DNA of 64,000 nt from an uncultured Candidatus Saccharibacteria bacterium (GTDB lineage Bacteria > Patescibacteriota > Minisyncoccia > Phycocordibacterales > JABMNX01), in NCBI GenBank assembly GCA_964575755.1, contig CAZNRH010000003.1, positions 2,303-66,302 on the forward strand, given 5' to 3'. Below the pieces are notes generated by a model, which was not told the DNA's origin, searched no databases, and saw nothing but the letters and a program-made list of their open reading frames with translations. This document shows positions 19,683 through 29,999 of the stretch, one piece after another. The translations under genes were made by a program, and so were the position numbers. Numbering within the stretch: the stretch's first letter is position 1; each line of letters starts with the position of its first letter.

Positions 19683-20339
19683 ATGACTAGATTGAGCCTG
19701 TTCGCACCACTTTTCTTATTTGTATTCACTGCGTGCGCAGTAGTGACACAATACACTGACCCAAAAAAACAAACAGTAGTTGATACAGATCAAGCTCTCG
19801 ATCATTTAACATACGAAGATTGTTTACCTGAGGTGCGTAAAGTTAAAGGCCACAAAAGATTCCCCCCAGAGTTTTCTTTTGTGCGCAGTATAAGCACTAG
19901 AATAATTCTTTGTGATTTTTCTGGCGGAGAAAAGATAAGATTTTTTGGAAAAGTCATAAAAGTTCGTGGCAAGCCAGTATCCTCTGGAAACGGTCTTATC
20001 ATTTTTGACAGGCTGTCGAGAAAAATATCTGCTGACGGTTTAGTCAATGCGTACGCCGACTCAAGCAATAGGTTTAAAATTAATGTCAAAAAGAAACTTA
20101 TTCCTATAGAGAGGTATGGATTACTTCCAGTATTCATTATTTCTGGGAAAATGAAGTTTATTCCAAAGATAGTGATCGGAATGATCGTCGTCATAGACTT
20201 TGAGATAGAAGAAGGGGAGTTCACTGCGCTTATATGGGAATACGGAAACAGGATATCGCAAAGTGAAGTATCAAATCCATTTCAAGAGTTATTGTTAGAC
20301 ACCGTGGCACCTTCTCTTGGCGATGGGTCTGCTACATAA
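19683..20339 (+). CDS. hypothetical lipoprotein
   Basis: Lipobox-like FTA|C after a hydrophobic signal; AAGGAG SD. Confidence 0.65.
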   Translation: MTRLSLFAPLFLFVFTACAVVTQYTDPKKQTVVDTDQALDHLTYEDCLPEVRKVKGHKRFPPEFSFVRSISTRIILCDFSGGEKIRFFGKVIKVRGKPVSSGNGLIIFDRLSRKISADGLVNAYADSSNRFKINVKKKLIPIERYGLLPVFIISGKMKFIPKIVIGMIVVIDFEIEEGEFTALIWEYGNRISQSEVSNPFQELLLDTVAPSLGDGSAT

Positions 20340-20406
20340 AAAGTTAAGTCTTTTTAGATTGTATCCCCCAAAACACTTTAGTGTTTTGGGGGATGGTTGT
20401 TTCGCA

Positions 20407-20435
20407 TTGCACTCATTGAATTTATACTGTATTCT
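20407..20435 (+). promoter_or_regulatory. promoter re-starting transcription at fusA
   Basis: TTGCAC-17-TATTCT just after the hairpin ATCCCCCAAAACAC/GTGTTTTGGGGGAT. Confidence 0.55.
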
Positions 20436-20488
20436 ACTTGCAACTGTGGCGTTTGAGCCACTTTTTAATTTAAAATATCTATTTATAT

Positions 20489-22633
20489 ATGGAACGAGAA
20501 TATCCACTAGAAAGAGTCCGTAACTTCGGAATTATAGCCCACATCGATGCGGGTAAGACCACTGTGTCTGAGCGCATACTTTTCTATACAGGAGAAAGTC
20601 ATAAGATAGGTGAAGTTCACGACGGAGAGACTGTAACCGACTGGATGGAACAAGAGCGAGAGCGAGGTATCACTATTACCGCCGCCGCTATTTCCTGCTT
20701 GTGGAATAAGACAGATGAAGACCCTGATGATAATTCCAAAAAATACAGTTTTAACATTATTGATACTCCAGGACACATCGACTTCACAGTAGAGGTAAAA
20801 CGCTCAATGAGCGTGCTCGACGGAGCTATTGTTGTATTCGACGGTGTTTCAGGAGTAGAACCACAGTCAGAAACTAACTGGCGATATGCAGACGAAGCCG
20901 GAGTGCCTAGAATATGTTTTATTAACAAGCTTGACCGAACAGGAGCAAGTTTTGAGCGTTCATACGCAAGTATTCTCGATAGACTTTCACCAAATGCAGT
21001 ACGACTTCAGATTCCAATAGGCGAGGAGACAGACCATAAAGGAGTAATAGACCTGCTTGCCATGAAAGGATATACATTTGACGGAGTAATGGGAAAGGAT
21101 GTCATAAAAGGAGAGGTTCCAGAAAACCTTAAAGCAGATGCAGAGAAATATCGAGCAGAGCTTATAGAAAAAATAGTTGAACATGATGATGATCTTATGA
21201 ATCTATACCTTGAAGGTAAAGAGATACCATATGAAGATTTAAAAAGAGTTCTGAGAGTAGCAATTCTTAAGAACGCTATCTTTCCAGTATATGCTGGTTC
21301 AGCACTAAAGAACAAAGGAGTTCAGTTGGTGCTCGACGGCGTTGTTGATTACTTACCGTCACCAATGGACCTTCCGCCAGTAAAAGGAACAGACCCAAAA
21401 ACAGGAGAAGAAATATTACGAAAGCCTTCAGATGATGAACCGTTTGCAGCGCTAGCATTCAAGCTACAAACAGATCCATTTGTTGGTCAGCTTACATTCT
21501 TCCGTGTGTATTCAGGTACAGCAGAAGCTGGTTCATACATTTACAATGCATCAACGAAGAGTAAAGAACGACTCGGGCGAATTGTTCGCTTACAGGCTGA
21601 TAAACGAGAAGAAATAAAGAAAGTATTTGCAGGAGAGATTGCAGCTGCAGTTGGACTTAAAGATACAAAGACATCACACACACTTTGTGACGTAGATAAT
21701 CCAATTATTCTTGAAGAAATTACATTCCCAGAGCCAGTTATATCTCTGCGTATTGAACCTAAGACAAAAGCAGACCAAGAGAAGATGGGAATCGCACTCA
21801 ATAAACTTTCTGACGAGGATCCAACATTTAAAGTGAGTTCAGATTCTGAAACCATGGAGACAGTAATATCAGGAATGGGAGAGCTTCACCTTGAGATTCT
21901 TGTTGACCGTATGAAGAGAGAGTTTAATGTAGAGGCAGATGTAGGAACACCACAAGTGTCTTACAAAGAAACAATCCAAGGAGCGTCAGAAGCTGAAATA
22001 AAATACATAAAACAATCTGGTGGGCGTGGTCAATATGGTCATGTAAAGATTCGAATCAAACCACTTGAAGAGATTGAAGAAGGCGCAAAGATTGCAAAGA
22101 ACATAAAGAGAAGCGACCACTTCGAGTTTGTAAACTCAATTAAAGGAGGCGTTATTCCCCAGGAGTATATTCCAGCAGTTGAGAAGGGTGTTAAAGAAGC
22201 AATGGACAGAGGTATTCTTGCAGGATACAAAGCAGTTGATATTTCAGTAGAGCTTTACGATGGTTCATACCACGATGTTGACTCATCAGAAATTGCTTTC
22301 AAGATTGCAGGTTCACAAGCATTTAAAGATGCAGCAAGTAGAGCAAAGCCAGTACTTCTTGAGCCGATTATGAAAGTAGAAGTAGTAACCCCTGAGAAAT
22401 TCATGGGAGACATCAATGGAAACCTAAGTTCAAAGCGTGGACAGGTTGAAAGCATGGAAGACAGAGGAGGAAACAAGGTAATTAACGCTAAAGTACCTCT
22501 TTCAGAAATGTTTGGATACACCACAACACTACGCTCTATGACAGAAGGGCGAGCAAGTTCAACTATGGAGTTTGACCACTACGCAGTCGTACCTCAAAAT
22601 GTTGCAAAGGATATAATAGATGCAAGGAATTAA
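20489..22633 (+). CDS. fusA: elongation factor G
   Basis: [38 protein letters not shown]. Confidence 0.99.
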   Translation: MEREYPLERVRNFGIIAHIDAGKTTVSERILFYTGESHKIGEVHDGETVTDWMEQERERGITITAAAISCLWNKTDEDPDDNSKKYSFNIIDTPGHIDFTVEVKRSMSVLDGAIVVFDGVSGVEPQSETNWRYADEAGVPRICFINKLDRTGASFERSYASILDRLSPNAVRLQIPIGEETDHKGVIDLLAMKGYTFDGVMGKDVIKGEVPENLKADAEKYRAELIEKIVEHDDDLMNLYLEGKEIPYEDLKRVLRVAILKNAIFPVYAGSALKNKGVQLVLDGVVDYLPSPMDLPPVKGTDPKTGEEILRKPSDDEPFAALAFKLQTDPFVGQLTFFRVYSGTAEAGSYIYNASTKSKERLGRIVRLQADKREEIKKVFAGEIAAAVGLKDTKTSHTLCDVDNPIILEEITFPEPVISLRIEPKTKADQEKMGIALNKLSDEDPTFKVSSDSETMETVISGMGELHLEILVDRMKREFNVEADVGTPQVSYKETIQGASEAEIKYIKQSGGRGQYGHVKIRIKPLEEIEEGAKIAKNIKRSDHFEFVNSIKGGVIPQEYIPAVEKGVKEAMDRGILAGYKAVDISVELYDGSYHDVDSSEIAFKIAGSQAFKDAASRAKPVLLEPIMKVEVVTPEKFMGDINGNLSSKRGQVESMEDRGGNKVINAKVPLSEMFGYTTTLRSMTEGRASSTMEFDHYAVVPQNVAKDIIDARN

Positions 22634-22716
22634 GTTTCTATTGAAAACCTATATTATATAAATTAGGAATGCCTGCCCCGTAGCTGGACGACTTAAAGGA
22701 GGACGTGGTGACTTAG

Positions 22717-22760
22717 GTAGCAAAAGACATTATCGACGCAAGGAACTAGAGTTTCTATTG
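22717..22760 (+). pseudogene. displaced duplicate of the fusA 3' end ([10 protein letters not shown])
   Basis: Same 10 residues plus stop as 22601..22633 with 8 third-position differences, followed by the shared AGTTTCTATTG. Confidence 0.85.
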
Positions 22761-22819
22761 TAAAATATACATAAATAAATGCCCCAGGTACCTGGGGCAT
22801 TTATTTATGTATATTTTAC
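22760..22819. repeat. perfect 60-bp palindrome (AATGCCCCAGGT family)
   Basis: GTAAAATATACATAAATAAATGCCCCAGGT|ACCTGGGGCATTTATTTATGTATATTTTAC. Confidence 0.9.
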
Positions 22820-22829
22820 GCCAGAATAC

Positions 22830-22859
22830 TTGACTTATACATTCATTTCTTGCTATTAT
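22830..22859 (+). promoter_or_regulatory. promoter of tuf
   Basis: TTGACT-18-TATTAT with extended TG. Confidence 0.6.
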
Positions 22860-23016
22860 AGCGTCATCGCAATGGGCGCCTTTTTGTATGGGGATTCTTT
22901 TCTCTTGTATATTTAGATGTCTGTAGCTTATTATCAATAAGTATTTTTAAGAAGTAAATCACTTGTTCTCGCGCGTTTACTTTTCAAAAATACTAAATAT
23001 TTTAAATAAAATTATT

Positions 23017-24216
23017 ATGGCAGAAGAATTTGATCGTTCAAAACCACACGTAAACGTAGGAACAATTGGTCACGTTGACCACGGAAAGACTACACTTACA
23101 GCTAGTATCCTTCACGTCCTTAACTTGATGGGAGGAGAGTATGGCTCAAACCTTAAAAACGTTGACCAAATTGATAGCGCACCAGAAGAAAAAGAGCGAG
23201 GTATTACAATCGCGCTTTCTCACAATGAGTACTGGACACCAACACGTCACTATGCTCACATTGATGCTCCTGGCCACGCAGATTACATTAAAAACATGAT
23301 TACTGGTGCAGCACAGATGGACGGCGCAGTATTAGTTGTAGCAGCTTCAGATGGAGTTATGCCACAGACACAAGAGCACATCCTTCTTGCAAAGCAAGTC
23401 GGAGTACCTAAGATCATCGTATTCCTAAACAAGGTAGACCAAGTTGATGACAATGACCTTATTGATCTTGTAGAAGAAGAAGTTCGAGAACTTCTTACAA
23501 AATACGAATTCGACGGTGAAAATGCACCAATTATACGAGGTTCAGGACTTAAAGCTCTAGATGCAACATCAGTTGATGATGAATGGGCAAAGAAAATTAT
23601 TGAGCTTATCAAAGCTATGGACGAATACTTCCCAGTTCCAAAGCGAGATACTGATAAAGATTTCTTAATGCCAATTGAAGATGTCTTCTCAATTGAAGGC
23701 CGCGGCACAGTAGTTACAGGACGAATCGAGAGAGGAATAGTTAAGGTTGGAGAGGAAGTTGAAATCGTTGGTATTAAAGACACAGTGAAGACAACAGTTA
23801 CTGGAGTTGAGATGTTTAACAAACAACTTCAAGAAGGACAAGCTGGAGACAATGCAGGAATTCTTATTCGAGGAATCAAGAAAGAAGATATTCATCGAGG
23901 ACAAGTACTTGCTAAAGTAGGTTCAGTTACTCCTCATACAGAGTTTGAGGCTGAAGTATTTATCCTTAAAAAAGAAGAAGGTGGACGTCACACTCCATTC
24001 TTCACTGGATACAAGCCACAGTTCTACCTTGGAACAACAGACGTTACAGGGGATGTAACACTTGCTGAGGGAACAGAGATGGTTATGCCAGGAGACACAG
24101 TAACATTTAAAGTAAAGCTCGTAGGACCTATCGCACTTGAAGAACAGCAACACTTTGCTATTCGAGAAGGAGGTAAGACTGTTGGAGCTGGAGTTGTTAC
24201 AAAAATAGTCGCATAA
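23017..24216 (+). CDS. tuf: elongation factor Tu
   Basis: [39 protein letters not shown]. Confidence 0.99.
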   Translation: MAEEFDRSKPHVNVGTIGHVDHGKTTLTASILHVLNLMGGEYGSNLKNVDQIDSAPEEKERGITIALSHNEYWTPTRHYAHIDAPGHADYIKNMITGAAQMDGAVLVVAASDGVMPQTQEHILLAKQVGVPKIIVFLNKVDQVDDNDLIDLVEEEVRELLTKYEFDGENAPIIRGSGLKALDATSVDDEWAKKIIELIKAMDEYFPVPKRDTDKDFLMPIEDVFSIEGRGTVVTGRIERGIVKVGEEVEIVGIKDTVKTTVTGVEMFNKQLQEGQAGDNAGILIRGIKKEDIHRGQVLAKVGSVTPHTEFEAEVFILKKEEGGRHTPFFTGYKPQFYLGTTDVTGDVTLAEGTEMVMPGDTVTFKVKLVGPIALEEQQHFAIREGGKTVGAGVVTKIVA

Positions 24217-24293
24217 TAATTTATACGACTGCATAACGTACTCTAATAAAGTAAGCGTGTGTGGTACAGTGTACCCACAAGAAAAACAGAACC

Positions 24294-24710
24294 ATGACAA
24301 CCAAAGATACAAAGAAAGAAAAAGTAGTAAAGAAATCTACCAAGAAAAAAGTAGCCAAGAAGGTTGCACCTAAGAAGGCAACTAAAAAAGCTGCTGGAGA
24401 GGGAATTTCAAGATTACGTATTCGTGTGCGAGCATACGAACATAAACTTCTTGATACGTCTGTAAAACAGATTATTGATACTGCACTTCGGTATGATGCT
24501 GAAGTTGTCGGACCAACACCTCTTCCTACAGAAAGGAAGTTATACACTGTTAATCGTTCCAGTTTCGTACACAAAGATGCGCGAGAACAATTTGAAATGC
24601 GTGTACATAAGAGAATGATTGATATCCTCAACCCAAATCAAAAAGTTGTAGAGTCTTTGACTAATCTTTCTTTGCCGTCTGGTGTGAACATCGACGTAAA
24701 AATGCTCTAG
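24294..24710 (+). CDS. rpsJ: 30S ribosomal protein uS10 with Lys-rich N-terminal extension
   Basis: RIR.RAY.H..LD, GP.PLPT, HKDAREQFEMR.HKR. Confidence 0.96.
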   Translation: MTTKDTKKEKVVKKSTKKKVAKKVAPKKATKKAAGEGISRLRIRVRAYEHKLLDTSVKQIIDTALRYDAEVVGPTPLPTERKLYTVNRSSFVHKDAREQFEMRVHKRMIDILNPNQKVVESLTNLSLPSGVNIDVKML

Positions 24711-24834
24711 TCGCAATCTCAAAAGCACTTCATCTGCGTTATTGTGGTTTAGAAAATCTCTTTCGCCGTATTGATTACGTCTCTAGAGATTTTCCTTCCA
24801 CACTTCGCATCTAAAGCACTTTTGAAATTGCTTA
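24708..24834 (+). mobile_element. stop-codon-anchored hairpin element, copy 4 (after rpsJ)
   Basis: GCAATCTCAAAAG ... CTTTTGAAATTGC; inner AAATCTCT/AGAGATTT; followed by a terminator at 24834..24866. Confidence 0.7.
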
Positions 24835-24921
24835 ACAAAACACGCCATGTATGGCGTGTTTTGTGTTTTTTACTGTGAAATGCGGTACTATTAATGTAGA
24901 GGTGTTAGACTTGTAATAAGT

Positions 24922-25203
24922 ATGGAGGAGAAAGAAATGGTGAATAATACTTTAGGAATTGACGTTCTGGAGGCTCTCGAACAAGCTGCTGTGGAACAGA
25001 CACCGAACGATGACGGCAGTTGTAAGACCGAAGGATGTAAAGGGAAAATAACCAAACAAGTTAGAGGAAAATCGAGTTACGGATATTTTTTTGATCCTGC
25101 TAAATGCGAAAATTGCTCGAGAGCTTATTTAAATTACGAATACGCTCAACCTATAGGCATAGCAGAATTTGAAGAGTCATTAAATCAACCCATGACGATT
25201 TAA
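24922..25203 (+). CDS. hypothetical protein with a putative zinc ribbon (CxxxxC...CxxC)
   Basis: CKTEGC ... CENC; followed by a hairpin. Confidence 0.6.
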   Translation: MEEKEMVNNTLGIDVLEALEQAAVEQTPNDDGSCKTEGCKGKITKQVRGKSSYGYFFDPAKCENCSRAYLNYEYAQPIGIAEFEESLNQPMTI

Positions 25204-25357
25204 GTGGTTCGAATACTTTAATAGGTCATATGTAATCTTTGTATATGGCCTATACTTTTTCTTGCATTATTTAATGACTTCTATATACTCTTCCCTAGAA
25301 ATGTATTGAATCGTTGACTCGATACATACACAATATTATAAAGAAAGGAATTGAAAG

Positions 25358-25630
25358 ATGTCCGATCTAGATGTTGCCATGAACGCTTTGCTTGATTGGG
25401 AAGCAATGTTAGCGAGCTTGGGCATGCAAAGAAATGCTGATGCAATAGGTATTTTGTGGCATGTCCGCAACTTGGGAAAAAGCCATAGAAGAAATTTCTT
25501 GCTTGTTCTGAAGGGAACAGGTCACTGCTCTGACGAATTTATCGTCGATTCAAGTATAGGTGAGCAAGCTGCTATAAGTCTTAAAAGACTTTTCAAAGCT
25601 GCTGGCGAACCTCAGTTCGACGAAGAATAA
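25358..25630 (+). CDS. hypothetical protein
   Basis: AAAGGA SD upstream; downstream terminator CCCTACGC/GCGTAGGG-T tract. Confidence 0.6.
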   Translation: MSDLDVAMNALLDWEAMLASLGMQRNADAIGILWHVRNLGKSHRRNFLLVLKGTGHCSDEFIVDSSIGEQAAISLKRLFKAAGEPQFDEE

Positions 25631-25828
25631 AATTGAACCTTTGTTCGATTAACCTGCCCTACGCAATCTGGCGTAGGGTTTTCTTTTTCTTGCAATATTT
25701 AGCTACTCCTGTATACTCTCTTTTGTACCTATTTAGTTTAGGTAGCTATGTTCTCTCAAGTGGGAACCTATGGCATATTCCATTGTTTGGATGCGCCATT
25801 ACGGCGCCTTTTTTGTACATATTTTTAA

Positions 25829-26458
25829 ATGAAATTTATTCTAGGAACAAAGCAATACATGACACAAGTCTTTGATAAAAAAGGCGTGGCTTATCCTGCT
25901 ACTGTTTTAGCTGCTGGTCCTGTTACTGTTACTCAAGTAAAAAATACTGAAAAAGATGGATATGATTCTGTTCAGGTTGGATACGGAGACAGACACGAGA
26001 AAAACATTAACAAAGCACAAAAAGGTCATTTTAAAGATTTAGGGCTATTTAGATATTTAAAAGAGTTCCGAGCAAAAAGCATCGGCAACGATGAATACAA
26101 AAGAGGAGATATTATTGATGTTTCAAAGTTTGAAGTGGGAGATATTGTAGAGGTTTCAGCAATTTCAAAAGGTAAAGGATTCCAAGGTGTTGTTAAACGA
26201 CACGGGTTTGCTGGAGGTCCACGTACTCACGGTAACAAACACCACGAACGTACCCCAGGTTCTATTGGAGCTCAGGGTCCACAGCGTGTACTTAAAGGAG
26301 TGAGAATGGCAGGACGAATGGGTTCAGACCGTGTTACGGTGAAAAACCTTAAAGTTCTTCAGGTTGATAAGGAAAACAATCAACTTGTAATCAAGGGAGC
26401 TGTACCAGGACACAGAGGGACTTTTGTTGAGGTTAGGGTAATGCAAAAGGCAAAATAA
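25829..26458 (+). CDS. rplC: 50S ribosomal protein uL3
   Basis: DGY..VQ, SKGKGFQG..KRHGF, PGSIG, MAG.MG. Confidence 0.98.
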   Translation: MKFILGTKQYMTQVFDKKGVAYPATVLAAGPVTVTQVKNTEKDGYDSVQVGYGDRHEKNINKAQKGHFKDLGLFRYLKEFRAKSIGNDEYKRGDIIDVSKFEVGDIVEVSAISKGKGFQGVVKRHGFAGGPRTHGNKHHERTPGSIGAQGPQRVLKGVRMAGRMGSDRVTVKNLKVLQVDKENNQLVIKGAVPGHRGTFVEVRVMQKAK

Positions 26459-26468
26459 TTAAATAATT

Positions 26469-27380
26469 ATGGCCCCGTTAGAAGTTACGAAAATTAATAT
26501 GACAACAGAAACCAATACAAAAGAATACAAAAAGAAAGATAATCAAACGTCAAATTCGATGAGAAAGACTGGAGGGGTTTCTACTTCTAACGGGGTGGAA
26601 ACTAACGTATACAACCAAGAAGGAAAAACTGTTGGAAAGGTAAATCTACCAGAAGCTATTTTCGGACTTAAGTGGAATGCTGATCTAGTACATCAGGTTG
26701 TTGTTGGTTTGGAAGCTAATAAACGAACTCCAGTAGCCCACACAAAAGACAGAGGCGAGGTTCGCGGTGGAGGTAGAAAGCCATGGCAACAGAAAGGAAC
26801 TGGTCGCGCTCGTGTTGGCTCTTCACGTTCTCCTATTTGGAGAGGTGGTGGAATAACATTCGGTCCACGAAAAGATAAAGACTATTCAAAGAAGATTAAC
26901 AAGAAAATGAAGATTAAAGCACTCTACGTAGCGCTCTCACAGAAGATGCGTGACGGAGAAATAATCTTTATAGACTCACTTTCATTCTCAAGCCCAAAGA
27001 CAGCACAGGCAAAAAAAGTTCTTTCTGCACTTGCGTCAGTCAAAGGTTTTGATACTCTGGCAACAAAGAAGAAAAACAGTGCACTTATCGCTACAAATGA
27101 GAAAAATGTTGCTGTAGAAAAAAGTTTTAATAATATGGGCAATATTGAGGTGGACGAAGTGAGGAATATAAACGCTCGAGATCTGCTTCTACATAAATAC
27201 ATCATCATCACTAATCCAGAAGAAGCTGTTACATTTTTTGGTAGTAAGTTGAAGTCTGTTTCAAGGACCATGAAAGATGTGACAGAGAAGACAGCAACAA
27301 CAAAGAAAGAGTCAGACAAGAAGGAGGTAGTAAAGAAGACGCCTGTGAAAAAAGCTGTAAGTAAAGTAGTGAAAAAATAA
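26469..27380 (+). CDS. rplD: 50S ribosomal protein uL4 (in-frame 42-codon insertion at the start; alternative start GTG 26595)
   Basis: TK.RGEVRGGGRKPW.QKGTGRAR.GS.RSP.WRGGG..FGP. Confidence 0.97.
   Translation: MAPLEVTKINMTTETNTKEYKKKDNQTSNSMRKTGGVSTSNGVETNVYNQEGKTVGKVNLPEAIFGLKWNADLVHQVVVGLEANKRTPVAHTKDRGEVRGGGRKPWQQKGTGRARVGSSRSPIWRGGGITFGPRKDKDYSKKINKKMKIKALYVALSQKMRDGEIIFIDSLSFSSPKTAQAKKVLSALASVKGFDTLATKKKNSALIATNEKNVAVEKSFNNMGNIEVDEVRNINARDLLLHKYIIITNPEEAVTFFGSKLKSVSRTMKDVTEKTATTKKESDKKEVVKKTPVKKAVSKVVKK
26473..26595. mobile_element. MITE-like element inserted in the rplD start codon
   Basis: Perfect 13-bp TIR CCCCGTTAGAAGT/ACTTCTAACGGGG flanked by TGG on both sides. Confidence 0.85.
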
Positions 27381-27381
27381 C

Positions 27382-27843
27382 ATGGCATTATTTCGATTAA
27401 AAAAAGAAAATGTTGAGAAAGAGAAAATCTCTGATGAGAAAGTAGTTTCTGATACTAAAGCAACCCAGACTGTAAAAAAGACGGATGTTGTTAAAAAAAG
27501 TACTGAAACTAAGGTAGTAAAAAAATCTTCTTCAGATGTCCTTTCTCTTAATTACAGAAAAGACATAGCGTCAGTACTTAAGAATCCTCGAGTGACTGAG
27601 AAGGCAACTATTATGTCTGAAAGAGGTGTGTACGTGTTTGATGTATCTACACGAGCAACCAAGGCAGATGTTGCAGAAGCCGTTAAAGAACTTTACAAAG
27701 TGACTCCACGAAAGATAAACATGGTAAAGGTTCCTTCAAAACGAACAAGGGTACGTGGACAGCAAAATAAGTTTGGGGTAAAGTCAGGAGGAAAGAAGGC
27801 GTATGTATACGTAAAGAAGGGTGACACTATTGATATAGTTTAG
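27382..27843 (+). CDS. rplW: 50S ribosomal protein uL23 with charged N-terminal extension
   Basis: P.VTEKA, YVF.V...ATK, KKAYV. Confidence 0.95.
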   Translation: MALFRLKKENVEKEKISDEKVVSDTKATQTVKKTDVVKKSTETKVVKKSSSDVLSLNYRKDIASVLKNPRVTEKATIMSERGVYVFDVSTRATKADVAEAVKELYKVTPRKINMVKVPSKRTRVRGQQNKFGVKSGGKKAYVYVKKGDTIDIV

Positions 27844-27860
27844 TTATATTATTTTGAAGT

Positions 27861-28700
27861 ATGAAAACATATAAACCAACATCACCAGGGCAAAGAGGAA
27901 TGACACGAGTAAGTTTTAAAAAACTTACGGTTTCTAGCCCGTTCAAAAAACTGACCAAAGGCAAGAAGCGTCATGTGGGGCGAAACAGTCAAGGACGTAT
28001 TACTACAAGGCATAAAGGTGGTGGTCACAAGAGACTTTATCGTGATATAGACTTCCTTTTTAATAAAAGAGATATACCTGCAAAGATTGAGACAATCGAG
28101 TATGATCCAAACAGAACAGCATTTATTGCACTTGTATTATACGCTGACGGAGAGCGTCGTTACATGCTCTTGCCACAATCACTTGAGGTTGGGGATAGTA
28201 TTATAACTTCAGAAAAGGCTCCACTTAAGGCTGGAAATAGGCTTAGATTGAAGAATATCCCCGTAGGTACGTTTGTATATAGTATTGAATTAAAACCAGA
28301 AGGTGGGTCTAAATTAGCTCGCTCTGCAGGAAATTACGCTGAGGTTATTGGACAAGATGCTGGGTATACTCTACTTAAGATGCCTTCAAGTGAAGTTCGA
28401 AAAGTTCTTGAGAATTCTTGGGCATCAGTCGGAGAAGTTTCAAATGAGGAACATAAGTTAGTAAATATAGGAAAGGCTGGAAGAAACAGATGGCTCGGTA
28501 AACGACCTACTGTACGTGGAGCGGCTATGAACGCCGTTGATCACCCACATGGAGGTGGAGAAGGTAAAGCTGGGCGAGGGCACCGAAGACAGCGTACTAA
28601 GTGGGGTAAGCCAGCAGGAAAAGGCCAGAAGACAAGAAAGATAAAGAAATATTCAAACACACTTATTGTACGTAGGCGAAAAGTCGGAAAGAGACGATAA
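27861..28700 (+). CDS. rplB: 50S ribosomal protein uL2
   Basis: GGGHKRLYR.IDF, IEYDPNR, RSAG, MN.VDHPHGGGEG. Confidence 0.99.
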   Translation: MKTYKPTSPGQRGMTRVSFKKLTVSSPFKKLTKGKKRHVGRNSQGRITTRHKGGGHKRLYRDIDFLFNKRDIPAKIETIEYDPNRTAFIALVLYADGERRYMLLPQSLEVGDSIITSEKAPLKAGNRLRLKNIPVGTFVYSIELKPEGGSKLARSAGNYAEVIGQDAGYTLLKMPSSEVRKVLENSWASVGEVSNEEHKLVNIGKAGRNRWLGKRPTVRGAAMNAVDHPHGGGEGKAGRGHRRQRTKWGKPAGKGQKTRKIKKYSNTLIVRRRKVGKRR

Positions 28701-28734
28701 ATAAAAAACCAAGGGCAGTCCTTGGTTTTTTATT
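28700..28734. terminator. intrinsic terminator after rplB
   Basis: AATAAAAAACCAAGG loop CCTTGGTTTTTTATT. Confidence 0.8.
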
Positions 28735-28801
28735 ACCTTGTTTTTTTGTGGATGATGTGTTTTATTTATTATAGTAAAGGCTTTATAGATATAAGGAGGA
28801 T

Positions 28802-29128
28802 ATGGTAATGGAAGATTCACCTATAGCATGTTTGTGGACTGGTCATTTTACTGACTTACAGAAGAACTCCGGTGGCGGCTTTGATTATGAGGTACGGGAA
28901 ATTAGCAAGAGGTATATCTCAAAATATGCTAGAAAAGCACTCGTATTTCATTCAAATGACAAGGTGTCAATTAGTTACTCTAACGGCTCTAATGTTGTAG
29001 TTAAAGTTCATGAGTCTAATGGTAAAATACTCTTAGATGTTATGGATAAAAAAGGAAATCGAATCAAGAGACTGTTTATTGAGATTAATGGTCGCCGTAC
29101 ATATATTTATAAAAAAAGAAAGGTTTAA
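28802..29128 (+). CDS. hypothetical protein
   Basis: AAGGAGG SD, 108 codons, downstream hairpin with T tract. Confidence 0.6.
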   Translation: MVMEDSPIACLWTGHFTDLQKNSGGGFDYEVREISKRYISKYARKALVFHSNDKVSISYSNGSNVVVKVHESNGKILLDVMDKKGNRIKRLFIEINGRRTYIYKKRKV

Positions 29129-29234
29129 AGTGACGTCAGGAATCATCCAAGCGTCATTTTTTTTGGCAATAATTCATCTTTAAAATACATTTAACCGTTG
29201 GTATTCGATTGTACTCACTCTCTTCTTTTGTGAT

Positions 29235-29263
29235 TTGACACCGGCCTTCGTTTTAGCTATTAT
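29235..29263 (+). promoter_or_regulatory. promoter re-starting transcription at rpsS
   Basis: TTGACA-17-TATTAT. Confidence 0.75.
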
Positions 29264-29297
29264 GTACGCCAAGCTCGAGAGAGCTTTTTAATTTGAA

Positions 29298-29633
29298 ATG
29301 GCACGATCTATTAAAAAAGGACCATACGTAGACCCAAGACTTCAAAGGAAGATCGAAGGTAAAAAGCCAAATGATACTGGCGTTGTTAAGACGTGGGCAC
29401 GAAGAAGCCAAATCTCTCCTGATATGGTTGGATTTACTTTCGGTGTTCATAACGGCAGAGACCATATTGAGGTTTTTGTTACTGATGAGATGGTTGGACA
29501 TCGTCTAGGAGAGTTTTCTCCTACTAAGAAGTTCCATCGCCATGGAGGTAAAATGCAGAAAGAATTAGAGCAACGACAGAAAGAAGCTGAGATTACAGCA
29601 GCTAAGGCAGCTAAAGTAGCAGCCGATAAATAA
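29298..29633 (+). CDS. rpsS: 30S ribosomal protein uS19
   Basis: RS.KKGPY, KTW.R.S.I, VHNG, MVGH.LGEF.PT. Confidence 0.98.
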   Translation: MARSIKKGPYVDPRLQRKIEGKKPNDTGVVKTWARRSQISPDMVGFTFGVHNGRDHIEVFVTDEMVGHRLGEFSPTKKFHRHGGKMQKELEQRQKEAEITAAKAAKVAADK

Positions 29634-29645
29634 ACATAAATATTC

Positions 29646-29975
29646 ATGAAAGCACGACTTAAAAATTATCGACAATCTCCACGCAAGGTTAGACTTGTTG
29701 CTAATCTTGTACGCGGTAAGAGTGTTGTTAGAGCACTGACAGCTCTCTCATTTTTAGACAAGAAGTCAGCAGCCCCAATTAAGAAATTAATTGAGTCAGC
29801 AGTTTCAAATGCAGAAAACAAAGGGTCGAAAAAGGAAGACTTAGCTGTTTCAGATATTCAAGTAGACGAAGGGGTTTCATTTACACGCTTTCGTCCTCGA
29901 GCACGTGGGCGAGCAGCTCCTATAAAACGTCGCTCGAGTCACATAAATATAAATCTAACTAATTCAAAAAACTAA
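29646..29975 (+). CDS. rplV: 50S ribosomal protein uL22
   Basis: SPRKVRLVA..VRG, RPRARGRA..I..R.SHI. Confidence 0.98.
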   Translation: MKARLKNYRQSPRKVRLVANLVRGKSVVRALTALSFLDKKSAAPIKKLIESAVSNAENKGSKKEDLAVSDIQVDEGVSFTRFRPRARGRAAPIKRRSSHININLTNSKN

Positions 29976-29999
29976 AACCTAGAATCTAACGCTTTAAAC

